Assembly: GCF_009834535.1 (NCBI RefSeq)
Contig: NC_045707.1
Span: 58,406,001-58,470,000, forward strand
DNA from: Camelus ferus
Lineage: Eukaryota
Reading direction: 5' to 3'
DNA: 64,000 nucleotides
Made by a program: the position numbers and the translations under genes. Below, piece after piece: positions 9,981 through 22,800 of this stretch. Each line of letters begins with the position of its first letter. Positions within the stretch are counted from its first letter, which is position 1. Under the pieces are notes generated by a model that had not been told where the DNA came from, did not search any database, and saw only the letters and a list, made by a program, of their open reading frames with translations.

Positions 9981-11577
9981 AAAAGTACATTTTATTACTT
10001 CCTAAGTAATGAATTTGCTTAGTCGAAATATGTGAACGGCCCCAATCTAGAAACTGAAGGAAAAGATAAAGGAAATGTTTAGAATAAAAGAGAATGTGTA
10101 ATGTTTGGTGGCCAGAGTCAAAAGAAGCAGAAAATGTAATGATGGAAGCCGGGACCGGATGAAGTCCTGCCCAGTAATGGCCCTTTAGTGGGCTTTGTAC
10201 TCGAAGGATTGCATTATTGTACCGACGTGCTGAGGGATGGTGCTCAGACACAGGTTCAGATCAGAGAAAATGATCACGTCAGAAAGTGGAACTTAGAATG
10301 TAAAATGCAACACGTGGGCAGTAGGGAAACACATTTCCATTTTCCCTTGTGCAGCCCTGGCTTGATTTCGTATCAAGGAAATTAACCTAGTCACTGGATG
10401 GCATTTGGAACCAAGAACAGAATCCATTTGGTTCTGAGAACTTTTCCCAAGAGAATTCCTCTGGATGTAGTCATACTGCAGGGGGTGGAGGGCAGGGACA
10501 CTAGGGACATCATGCATAAAGATAAGGACAGTTTTCGGAGGCTGGAGGGAATAGCTGGAGTGAGTTTTGATGATTTTGCCTAGGAATGTATTGACCAGTA
10601 GCACTCAAGACAAAATATCCCTATAAAGCTCTTGGGTTAATTTTTTCAGCTGCCTGTGTGGATTATACATTTTAGGGGGAGAGGGTGAGGAGTGCAACAT
10701 TTTCAAATGATTTTGGAAATCAGTGGATTTTGCTTCTCTCATTAATATATTTCATAGGGATAGAGACAGGTAGAAAGACAGATCATCTTATAACCTCAGG
10801 ACAAATGAAACCTAAACCCTTGCTACAGCATGTTAAATGCTCAATTATTTTCTCTAGGGAAATGCAACGACTAGGAGAGCAGCCTCCCAGAAAGGGGGAT
10901 GGTGACGGAAAAAAGAAAAGAACAAATTGGCTCAAGGAATAGAGAGGAGGGAAGCAGTCAAAGGCATGCTCATTATTTCCATGCCTCATGGACTCGGTAT
11001 CGGGCTGAGGGTCTCTCTGTCCCGACAAATGTTATCTGCTCAGAGAGGCTACCCCATAAACCCAGCGTATGTCTTGTTTTTAATGGGCTTCTTTTGCAAT
11101 ATATTTGCATTTGCTGAAATTTATAGTTGAAAAGAGACATGCTTTTTTTTTAAGGTACAGAACTGTAGCTCAAAGGAGAAAGTTTACAATAGAATTTTTC
11201 ATCTCAGTGTCCTGCCTTACATTGTTTTGCAGAATTAAAAAACAAAAATGCCAGGAGGCATTTGTTTCCATAGGAACGTGGTCTTAGACCTAAAAAAAAA
11301 ATTCATTGAACAAATACTGCAAAATAAATTGTTGGAAAAAATTGGATGTCTTAGGTTGCCAGTGGATCCAAAGCAGTGAGCTTGCTGGTTCAGGCTAGGG
11401 AACAAGTGACTGGGGACAGGGAATCAGCATCTTCTGCAATGCCGTTAACTTACATCACAGCCACTGAGAGTCAGTAAGGATGCACCATCCGCTGTCATGT
11501 GAAAAAGTATATAAGAAAGGTTACCCCAGAACCATGAACTAATGTGAGAATGGTGGGCTTATTGGTGATCTATATTA

Positions 11578-11730
11578 TACAGTGGCTACTAGCCACATGC
11601 TGCTGTTTAAATTTAAATAAATAAAGTCCCTTGATTACGCTAGTGGCTGAGATGCTCATTACCCACCTATGGCAAGAGCGATGATAAAACATTTCCATCC
11701 TCACAGGGAGTTCGACTGTCTAGCGCTGAT
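11578..11730. mobile_element. hAT-Charlie MITE remnant (MER3/MER33-like)
   Basis: gtggctactagccacatg...tttaaatttaaat...aacatttccatcctcacagggagttc...ctagcgctg. Confidence 0.7.
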
Positions 11731-11811
11731 TTCTGTATTGCCTTAGTCTTATTGTTAGATCCATTTTCTAATAAAGCGTTAATTTGAAAAAAAGACAGCA
11801 TTCATGTTGTG

Positions 11812-12095
11812 AGTAATAATGGTGGGGACCATTTACTGAATGTTCCCATGTGCTCAGCACAGCTCCAGATGCGTTTGTATGCGTAATCTCACTTTGACGT
11901 GGATTCTGTTATTATTCCTATTTTATATATGAGGCAGTTCTAAGCCTCAGTTTCCTTATCTGTACATAAGATTGGGATAATAACGGTACCTCTTTTAAAA
12001 GGTTCTTGTGAGGATTAAATGAGCTTAATGCAGGTAAAGTGCTTAACATGAGCCTAGGCACAGAATAAATATACAGTAAACAGAGCTATTCTACT
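11812..12095. mobile_element. Two abutting MIR fragments in opposite orientations
   Basis: Minus-oriented piece ending attattcctattttatatatgagg, followed by plus-oriented gcctcagtttccttatctgt...gtgaggattaaatgag...taaagtgctta...ggcacag. Confidence 0.8.
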
Positions 12096-12970
12096 AGCTT
12101 TCTTCATGGAATAAAGGTGTGAGTCGCTCATAAGGTGCTGTGTTTCGAGAATAGATTAAATGCACAAATATGCAAGTGAAGGCTGCTTGCTGACATTTGT
12201 CATTCTGGTCCTTTAGAAGGTTCCGTGCTGCCCTTCATTTCTCCTTCAAGGTACAGACAAACTTCTATATGACTGAAAAGCTAGGCTCACATCAATCATT
12301 TAAGAAAGTGTAAAAATAGAGTGGCTTTAAGTAATTTGACTCTTTGATATCCACTAAAGATAGCAAGAAATAGCCTATAATGATTGGATGTGAACTTTGA
12401 ATTCCAATAGCCTAACTAGGCATATGAGGTGAGAAAACCTAAATATACGTAAACATTTCTAAGTAATAAGATCGAAGGCTACCACTGTGACTACTTTGAA
12501 CATGGTAACCACAAGGTCTTTTAAAAGAATGCTTCCTATCATAACAATGATCACCTCACAAATTCAGGTTCTGTCTTTACAAAAATACCCACCCATTCCA
12601 ACTCGGAAACAGGAAGCTGAATTTAAACAATTAAAAACACAACGTGGCCTAACTTATCCACTGTCAATCATTTTTGAATAATGAAAGACTAAAGAGGCTG
12701 AATATTTAACATCATCCAAAATGCTACTTTATCACCACTTTTTTGCTGTAAAGATCCGTGAATGAGAATTACACATTGCGGCCGGGGAGTAAAGGGTGAA
12801 AACTCATTTTTCTCTTGGCCTTTTAACCTCCGTGGATGTACTTTTTGAATCAGTAGAGTTGTTCTGTGGATTTTCTTTTTCCTGCTTCACTTCTGCTGGT
12901 TTGGCTGATGAATCAGCACGTCCTGTGCTGCATATTTTGTCAGGTTGCTCTTGATGTAACTTGAGCATCA

Positions 12971-13258
<288 letters not shown>

Positions 13259-13467
13259 TTAGGCGGTCAGAGATACATATTTTAGATTATAATGTAGCTT
13301 ATACAAAGACCCAGTATTCCCAATAGGAAAATAACTGCGTAGCATATATTTAGTATTTTTTAAAGTTTGGTTGAAAAATTTTTGGTTGAAAAATTTTAAC
13401 TAACCTATGGGCCATGTTTTTGCACCATGATATGTCAATATTTATGGTCAGATTTAGGAGATGGGAT

Positions 13468-13660
13468 CTGTGGTGTGCTGCTAAACCAGCTCTTTGGAAA
13501 GAAAATGTCTTGACATGTAGCATTTGCTAACGTCCATGGTGTAAATATTCTCTGCATGGCCGATTTCAAGCCAGCAGTTTAACAACTGGCTACTAAATTC
13601 CTGAAAATTTAACAGTTGGCTCTTGTGAGCTGGCAAAGAACTGGCTGCAGTATACCACTG
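13468..13660. mobile_element. hAT-Blackjack MITE (MER63-like)
   Basis: Terminal inverted repeats ctgtggtgtgctg / cagtataccactg; internal tgtagcatttgct...catggtgtaaata; degenerate 8-bp TSD gatgggat/cgtgggaa. Confidence 0.8.
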
Positions 13661-13704
13661 CGTGGGAATAAAACTCTAGACACACAGAGAGGACAAAGGG
13701 GCCA

Positions 13705-14032
13705 TTTCATCCATTCATTTATTCATATGTTCAACCAATGTTAGGCCCTAGGGACAGAGCCAGGAACAAAACAGACTGTCCCTGTTCTCAGGATGGAAAT
13801 TCTGACTTGTGGGGGACATAGACAGCACGCTTGGAAAGAAAACAAATGCATATGAAATTGTACATTAAGAGTGTTCCGGAATAAAAAAGCAGATAGGGAT
13901 ATGACAGGTGCTCCCAGGGGTGATATGCTGGGTCTACAGGAGGAATGGAAAACCTGTACTTTGATCACTCGAGTAAGGCTTCTCCCTGGGGTACCGTGTA
14001 ATGTGAAATGTGAATATTGAAGGATGAGAAAG

Positions 14033-14095
<63 letters not shown>

Positions 14096-14250
14096 GAGAG
14101 GGAGAGGGAGAGGGAGAGGGAGAGGGAGAGAGGGAGAGGGAGAGAAACAGATCCAGGACCTGTGTCAGAACATCCTAGGTAGAGAAGAGCTTCCAGGGTT
14201 CAGGGAAAAGGGAATAAGCCAGTAGCACACACAGAGGTAATGAGAAAAGA
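13705..14250 (-). mobile_element. L2 LINE 3' fragment
   Basis: cattcatttattca tail and gaacaaaacagactgtccctgttctcagga, typical of antisense L2. Confidence 0.65.
14036..14144. repeat. Compound microsatellite (GT)n(GA)n(GGAGAG)n
   Basis: About 21 GT units, then GA and GGAGAG units, seen directly. Confidence 0.97.
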
Positions 14251-15961
14251 AGCAGAAAGATTCCCTTAGCAGTTTCCCCAAAGCCTCATTAGGTAAAGTA
14301 ATAAGTCAGTCGCTGGAGGGGTAAGACGATTCTCATTACTAATGGATGAATGACATACCTTCAGGTTATTAAGAACCAACACTCAGGTTCTTGATAGTAA
14401 AATCTACTGGTTTTTTTTTTTTTTTTTTTTAACATTTTCCCATCTGATATGCCACGCATGTTCATTACAGAAAGAAAATCAGAAAGCCATGACAAATAAA
14501 ATGAAGAAAACAATTTAAATCATCTATAATTTTACTCCCTCAAATCACCCCTACCAAGCCTTCCAAAATTTCTTTCCTCTCTTTCAAAGAACATGTGGAG
14601 CTGGGAGAAACTTTCTGGATAATCTAGCCTAAGGCTCACATACTGTTTACAGGATACAACTGTAGGCCAGAAAATGTGGTTTTTCTCTCTCTCTGCCTGT
14701 CCCCTCTTAGAACAACATAACTTATGAAGGACAGAAATTTTGTCTGCCATACTCACTAATTGAATTTACTAATCAGTACCTGGTACTGTTCAATTTTTGT
14801 TGAATGAGTAAGTGGAACTTATTTAGGGCCTCATAATCTGGGTCTCCTTACTTTCAGTCCTGGCGTCTTCCCATTGCCCCAAAGCCCGCATTACTTGGAT
14901 AAGTGTCGTCTGGGGTCTGTTTTGGTTTTTAATGTTACATTAGGTCAAGGGGCTGGCAATGAAGATTTTCACTGAAATGAAGAATATCTTTAAAAGTCAG
15001 ACCAAGAGATGAGAAACCAACTCCATCAACTAAATAGTTGTTTAGTAAAAAAAAATACACTGTAAATAATTGCAGATGAAGGGGAAAATGGCACTTTTTT
15101 TTTTTTATCTGATAATCTATCTTGTTGTTCACAGGCAACGTTGACTTTTTTGGTTCAGAGCCCTTGTTTGCTTACGAAGTTCCCTGGGTCCTCCTTCCCA
15201 GCGCCTTGAACTTTTGTAAAGATGGTCAAGTCTTTAGTTACTCCTTGGTACTGACAAAATACCCATAAATCAACGTTTATGCCTCCTTTGTTCGTGTGTT
15301 GAAATTTTATCAACCTAATTCAGGCCCAGGTTTTTGCAAGAGAAGCATGATGACTATTTATTTATTCGTTTAACACAGTAAATGACGAGAAAATTCCTTG
15401 TGCGTCTGCCATCTGAGTAAGCAAATTAAAAACCCAACCAGATAATTTCAGATTTCACTAGGAGCTCTGAGGGGATGGAATCAGTGCCTGGGGGAGAACG
15501 AGGTAATTTAGGAAGACTGATCGGCAGTGTCCTCACCAAGGAGGCCAGGTATGAACTAAGAACCAAATGGCAGCAAGGAGCCAGACACCTGAAGATTGGG
15601 GGGCCCTGATGTTTCAGCATTTAGCTCCAGGAGAAGTGAGCGCTCACCTCCACGTGGTCCTTCAGGTACTGCATCCCATCCCGCTGCCCTCCAGCCGATA
15701 TACCCTGGTTACACTGGACCTGCCACCCTCTTCTGGTCAGGGAGTAAGAAGAGTGGTAACACATGTATTCCCCGATTTTCTTGTGGTTCCCTCCTTCTCT
15801 ACCATGTACTGTGCTGTGCACAGGTTTGGCTGATGTGGTGACTTTGTCTATGGAAGGAATGGAAATGGGGAGGCTGGGTAAGGCGATCAAGTGGAATGCC
15901 AGAAGTTCACTTTCTTCCAGCTGATTCTTGGTACCACCTTCGCAGGCATTGTCCTGACGCT

Positions 15962-16544
15962 TGTTATGGACTAAATGTTTGTGTCCTCTCTGAATTTATA
16001 TGTTAAAATCCTAACCCACAGTGTGATGGCATTAGGAGGTGGGGTCCTAGGGGAGTTGTTAGGTCATGAGGGTGAAGCCTTATACAAAGAGACATGAGAG
16101 AGATGACCTTTTTTTACTCTGCCACGTGAGAGTATAATGAGGAGACACGTGTAAGCCAGGGAGAGCCTTCACCAAGAACCTGATCGTGCTGGTACCCTGA
16201 TCTCTGACCTCCAGCTTCCAGAACGGTGAAAAGAAATATTTGTTGTTTAAGCTGCCCAGTCTGTGGCATTCTGTTATAGTAGTTCTATTATCTGTCTTAT
16301 CTATCATTCTTTCCTTCTATCTATCTATTTGTCAATCAATCAATCACTCTATCAGTGAATCTGTCATTCATTCTATCATTCAATCATCTATCTTTCATTC
16401 TATCTAATCTATCACTCTATCAATTAATCTATCATTCTATCTATCATTCATTCTATCATCTGCCTATCTATCATTCATTCTATCTATCATTCATCTATCC
16501 ATCCATCCATCCATCCATCTTCTGTTTATCTCCAGACCAAGACA
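15962..16544 (+). mobile_element. ERVL-MaLR LTR (MLT1A-like) containing an expanded simple repeat
   Basis: tgttatggactaaatgtttgtgtcc start, gtctgtggcattctgttatag, and terminal ccaagaca after the repeat. Confidence 0.85.
16285..16530. repeat. Complex tetranucleotide repeat (TCTA/TCAT/TCAA/TCCA)n
   Basis: Seen directly. Confidence 0.95.
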
Positions 16545-18331
16545 GCACTCTTTCCACTGAACTCTCCCTTGGTTCCCTCTTTTCTCTCTCTTAGTATGAG
16601 CTGATCCTTCTTTATTTTCTCCTGTCCCTTCATTGGCCCCAAGACTCTCAAGGACTTTTTTTTTTTCAGTTTAACCACATTTGATATTATTTTAACACAC
16701 ATTTAATAGGATTTTTCTCTATACTACTTTCCTCAGGCACCCAGCAGTATAACCTTATGCTGCCAATATTACTGCCACCTCAGTTAAACAGTTTCTGGCC
16801 ATAGGGTCTGGCACTGGAATGCAGTGTTTTCCCCAACACTGGTGTCACTGGCACAGTTTCAACATGTAGAGATACGTTCCCAAAAAAGGCTATAGAATAA
16901 CCTTGGAAGAAGACTTTGGAAGCAAGTGTAAAATCCAGGAAGCTGTTTTCCTTCAGTTATGGGGACACTGTGGGCAAACTTTGCAGAAACAGAAGTGCAG
17001 CCCCCATGCTGTGCTGCAGGGTCCTAACCGTCTCAGCTCTGCTTCTGTCCTTGGGACAGAAACCTGCTGGGCTCATTACCTCCCCTGTTCTTGCGCCACG
17101 AGTCCTGCCTGATTTGGGGCCATCTTTGATTCCTTCTTCTCCATCTCCCACGAAGAGTTAGCCACCGCATCCTGCTAATTTACCTTCACCTTGTCTCTCT
17201 GGTTGCTTCCCTCTTTCTAACTGGTTGCCACATCTCAAGCTCAGAAATCCAATCTCTCTTATGACCATGGCCTCAGCTTCAAACTGGTCTTTCTAGAATT
17301 GTGAAAATGATATTCGATCACACTAGCTCCCTCATTAAAAGTCTTTCATGTCTTGCCAACATAAAAAAAAAATCCAAACTCTACCAGGGCATTAACAGCC
17401 CCACCCCAACTTACTCATCTCATTTCCACAGAGCCTGTACCCAGCTCCTACTTAATACTCACTTTCCACACAGAGAATTCAAAATGCCCTGTCTTTGAAC
17501 TGCCTGCCCTGTAGCCTGAAATGTCCTTTCTTTCTTTTCCCCTTGTAAGTGTGATCTAAAAGTCACCTCTCCCCTGCAGATTTCACTGGTGGTTTTCTCA
17601 GTCAGACCCTTCAGACAAACCTTTCTCTGCCCCGCAGCCTTTTCCTTTGTGCTACTGCAACGCCTACATCTCTTTCTTTTCTGGTATTGGAGGACTTCTG
17701 GGCTAATCTAACAACATCAAAACAATATTCCTGTGAGAAAATGTGTTTTGAATTCACAACTATTGGCTTCAGGATGAACCTTGGGAAGATGATCTACTTG
17801 TGACGGGTTCGGGGTGGGGCTCCTTCCACTACTGTTCCTGACTCCACTCCAATACCCGGGACCACTGTCACCCTGTTCTTCCCTTAGGCACTTCTAATGT
17901 CAAATTATGCTAACTTCACAGAAATATAATTGCAAGACAGCTGGCTGTAAGCAATGCTCCTTTTGTGTGAGATATAAAAGAGCCACTAAAGGCTTTCTGT
18001 ATTTACAATGAGAACTAGAAACCAGCAGTTCAAAGCTGAATAATGCAAGATGCCTGTGGTTTTTATCTTGACAATTTTGCATAATTACACTGCTCTTCTT
18101 TCTGAACTACCACAGTGACCGGAAGCCCTTGTAACCATGGCCTTTCCATTTCAACCGGAGACTTCTTTTGGTAAGAAATAGCCTCATTTCAGCTGTCTTG
18201 CTCAGTCCCTTCTGAGCCAGTACCCAGCTTCTGAGTAACTTCAAGTATCATTCACTTCATCTCCACCCCCCAACCCATGGATAATGTCCACTACATTTCA
18301 TTCTTACCGTGCTGGATGAGGAAAGTAGTAC

Positions 18332-19660
18332 TTGTATCAAGTAGGGCTCTGAATTTCAGATGACTGAAAGCCCGCTTCAACATGGTGGCTCATTGACTAA
18401 CATGATGGAAAAGTCCAGAGGTAGAGCTGTGTGGCACAGACTGTCAACTGTCCCCTAAAATCCTTTCCCCCTTCTTTTTAGCAATAGAACCCCTAAAAGT
18501 TTTACTTGGGCACCAGTTCGTCCAGTTAGAAATACTTCTTCCAGACTCACTATGGCCAAATAACCACCTCTGCCTATTGGCAGGGAATGGAAGTGATGTG
18601 TGTAAACTCCACAGTGTGTCCTTAAAACAATGGTTCTCAACGGGGAGCTGTTTCATCCGCCAGACATTTTGCGATGTCTGGAGACAATTTTTGATTGTCA
18701 TACTTAGAGTGGGGTTGGAGGGTAATATGGGCATTGAGTGGGTAAAGGCCAGGGATTCTGCTAAACATCCTACAATGCACAGGACAGCTCTTAACAATAA
18801 AGCATCATCAAGCCCGAAATATCAACAGAGCTAAAACAGATAAACCCTTCCTTAAAACCAGCTTCACGCCTTCCCCTTTTCCTTTCTTTCTTGCTACTGA
18901 AACAGGGATGTGATGGGAGGGCAATGAACCAGCTTTTACTTTGTAACATGAAGACAGTACTCTGGGGGTACTGGACAGCAAGATGGGAAGATCCTGGGTC
19001 CCTAAATGACCTCACAGCCCCAAACTGCCTACCAATCTTGTCCACTCACCCACCTAGGGACATGTGGGAGATAAAGAATTTCAAACAGAAAAATTCTATC
19101 TTTTGGAGCCACTGTATTTCGGAGTCTCTGTTCCAGCAGTTAACGTCTGCTCTCTCTCTCTAATTCAGATTCACCAGAACCAGCAGGGTCCCGGGTTTGC
19201 CTGTGTCTCTAGTCTGTTTTCTGTAGAGTCCTCTGTAGATTTCACATGGTGGCCTCCCTGAGATATCCTAGGCTTTTCCCTTAAGGATGTAAATGACTGC
19301 ACCAGCTTCATGTCTCCTGGCATCACACTGTACCATCCAAGGGAAAGACAGTCTCCATCAGGATTCCCAGGAAAAGTCCCAGGTTCACTCTGCTCTGGAC
19401 AACCTTGATGACACGTGGTCCCTACAGTGATCCCTGTGGTAGAGAGGCTGCAGTGAGCTAGACTGGCTTAGTCCTCAGTCATGTATCCATCCCCAAACCA
19501 GTCAGGAGGGCCAGGAATCCTACCTTTGGAGTTGGGAGTTGGCGCAACTCTACTCTAAGCACAAAGCTGAGAATAGAAGAATACGGTGGCCCCTCAAACA
19601 GGAATTAGGAGGCTCTGACCAAGAAGGCTGGGAAGAGAAGTTGGGAGACAAACAACCAAT
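18332..19660. mobile_element. Nested ancient MLT1 LTR fragments surrounding MER20
   Basis: MLT1-like motifs gaaaagtccagaggtag, cctgggtccctaaatgacc and agccactgtatttcggagtctctgtt; boundaries uncertain. Confidence 0.5.
18628..18849 (+). mobile_element. MER20 (hAT-Charlie) DNA transposon
   Basis: caatggttctcaac...gtctggagacaattttt...ggccagggattctgctaaacatcctacaatgcacaggacagc...aaaccct; perfect 8-bp TSD ccttaaaa at 18620-18627 and 18850-18857. Confidence 0.93.
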
Positions 19661-22499
19661 GTGTGTAGAGTTTCTCAGCCTAGGGTCTCTAGGTTTCCAT
19701 CTCTGTCTAAACTTGAAAGTGCGTATAGATGTATCTTCAGACAGACATTCCTTCCTACTTGAGGTCAAATTCCTAGGAGTGAGCCCTCAAGTGGTCCAGC
19801 AGCAGCAGAGAGCGCTGAGTGAAAGCTTGGCAGATTTAGGGCTTAGAGTTTCCTTGCCAACGGCAGATTCTTCTTGTGCATCTACGGCCTGTTTCATCAT
19901 TAAGCCGAACATTTAACAGTACACAGATAATTAAATACTAACAGGGTTCACAGAGCAGACAATTTCCATTGCCGTCACTGGCAGTTACAGCACATTTACT
20001 TGAGGGGGGTCTTTATAAATAATTTACAAGTACTGTGAGAAGACTACATTGAAGAACTTAGTATCTTTATAGTTTAAAATGCTCCCTGTAATGTTATAGC
20101 AAGGATGTAGCATTAAAAATATATTCTGGGAAAATCTTCTATGGGAGCCCACAATTTAAAAATGAATTTATATTAGTTAAGTGCAGTGTTTGCCGGAAGA
20201 AAACAACACTGCATAAGTGACTTGCCACAGAGAAAAGCAACCTTGTTTTAATGAGTCAGATCAGAAATTAGCAAAAGCTGACTTCGTTCATTAATGATGG
20301 CGGACTGCTTCGAGGAGACAAAAACATAAATGCAAAATTCTATTGTTAGGAATTAAATGGAAAGCATTTTTGGTCATGGGGAGGAAGCCACTGAATTCCA
20401 ACAATCGTTTTTGTTGCTGCCAAATGGACTGAATACGACTGCCAGCACCTTGACTGAAATGTGGGAACTCTGGTCCAAAACCTGGGGAACAGGAATCCAG
20501 CAAAGGAAGATTTCACATATGTGGCACATTTATCTACTGACCTTTGCAGAGGGAGGAGTACACTGCATTTGCAAAATCTGAATCTTTTCTGTTCTGTATT
20601 TAAGGTGGAATCCTTCATCTATAATTCAACCCTCTTTTCCCTGAACTTTGGAAAATCTTTTGGAAAGGTCAAACACATAAGACTAAGAACGGTAGTAATT
20701 ATGTCTGATTCTTTCTGGATGACTACAAAGAGTTTGGTGGCATGACCACGTCTAAACTGTATGAGCTGATTAGAAAAAAACAGTCAAAGGATTCAGCAAA
20801 GCAAACCAAATTGCAGATGGCAAATTTCACTTGACTTGTATTTTTTCCTGGACAATTGGGCTTAGCCTCTTGTTTATGCCAGATGAAAGGTCACTAGTAA
20901 GATATCTCTTTCTTTTTTCTTCTCCTTTAAAAAAAAAAACAGCAATTATTAGACATTTCTACTTGATGAGATGATGCTGGTAACACTGTTACTTGATAAC
21001 ATCATCGCTGGGATTTAAAAGTAACACGACAGATGGATGCTACTCCTTACCGACATGGAGGTGGTTTCTGGACAATCCAGCCTGAGTTCAAAACAAAGAC
21101 AATGTGAGAACAAAGGAGCTCTTACACATAATATGACTGGACAGGGTGAGTGCTCTGTAGTGGGGTTACTGCAGGCTCGCCCAGTTCACAGATTGGTTCA
21201 GACAGAATCGACATCACTCTCATTGACTCCCTATGCTTTGTATGTACTTGCTTTAAAATATCTCCATGTCTTTTAAACATTCTTCCATCTAAGCCTTAGA
21301 AAATTTATGGATGGAGATTGTCTTAGGATAATTGAGAGAGAGATTTGGAAATGTTTCCATATGAAGTGGAGGAATCTCTCTCCATGTCCTCATTTTGAAT
21401 TGTTTCTAGAACTTGTCTGTCTCCTCGAGAGCAGGGGAATGGCCCCTGCATTTTCTTGGATGGAAGTATCTCACTGCTTTTTTCTCTGCTTGAAAAAAGG
21501 AAATGCATTCATGTTCTCAGAAGGGTTCCTTTCTCCTTGCTGTCCCCTCTCTGGGCCTTTACGTGACATTGTTGAATCTGTGGACCTAGAAGAGGATGAA
21601 CAATGAAGCCTCATTTTCTTCTAGAAAAAGACATAATGGTTTTAAGACTCCTAATATTGTTGGTAACTCATACTTGCCCACTCCGGTTGGAGATTTTACA
21701 GTATGAATAATGCACGTAGTATTTTAGAAAGACACAAAGCATTGAACACCCTCGTTGGCTTGTTGTTAGTTTCTTTATTTGAATGTTGATTTCCTTTATC
21801 CTTCCTGAGAGAGAGTTCATTCTGGTTCATTGATGGCCAAATATGGTTCTATTTAACAAAGCTGTGAAACTCTTATTTGAAATCGGTCGGTGCCCTGCAC
21901 ATCAAGAAGATAGGTAGCTTGGTAGGAGAGACCAGCTTCCACCTTGGTAATCTGGTTTTCTTACAATATTGTAAGGGGCAAATAAAAATAAACTATGGCT
22001 TCAATATTATACTTCATATAAGAAAATGATAAGGAGTAATATCATTCTGGGGTGATTTTACTGCTTTTTATGACGCAAATTTGTGATTAAAGTCAATCAC
22101 CACACATCCGCACTGCAGAGCTCAGTGAAAGTTCCCAATAATGTTATTGTATACGTGGATGTCTTTGGAATTGACATCACCTAAGACACTTCATCCCTCA
22201 ATCTGGGAGAAATGAACGTTTGGGGTGCTAGTCAAATACTTTATACAGAAAATTTGGTTTCTATGGATTGGTTTAATTCTTTGCAAGCTTCTGGAGAGAT
22301 TCGCAAACTAAATGGCCCTGGAGGAGGCGCGGAGGTATAAATGTTAGGGCCAGTCTTAGTTCCCCCACATTTTCCACGTTCTTGAATCACAGATATTCTT
22401 CCTTAAGCTGACATCTCTTGCTTTGATGATTTTTGGTCTAATATACCACGTAGGTGGTAATTCTACTTCTCTTGCTCTTATTCCTTAGCTCTGTGGAAC

Positions 22500-22800
22500 A
22501 GAATCCATTCATTCATTCATTCACCTGCTCAGTCATTCATTTACTGAGTGTCTATCATGTGCCAGGTATTCATCTTTTAGCCAGTGTCCTGTTCAATCTC
22601 ACATCCCCAGGCTTGACACAGAGTCTGGCACATAGTAGGAACCCAGTAAATATTTCCCAAATGACTGAATCCATCAGTGAAGTATAAATATCTACTGAGC
22701 AACTCTTAGGGAAGAGAGTGAGGGGATACAGAAAACTCTAGAATCCAGTTTGTTCTGCAAAGAGCTCACATTTGGCCAGGAAGAGAAGACCCAAATTCCT
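22500..22800. mobile_element. L2 3' fragments in both orientations
   Basis: cattcattcattca...tttactgagtgtctatcatgtgccagg and tctggcacatagtaggaacccagtaaatattt...aatgactgaat. Confidence 0.7.
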
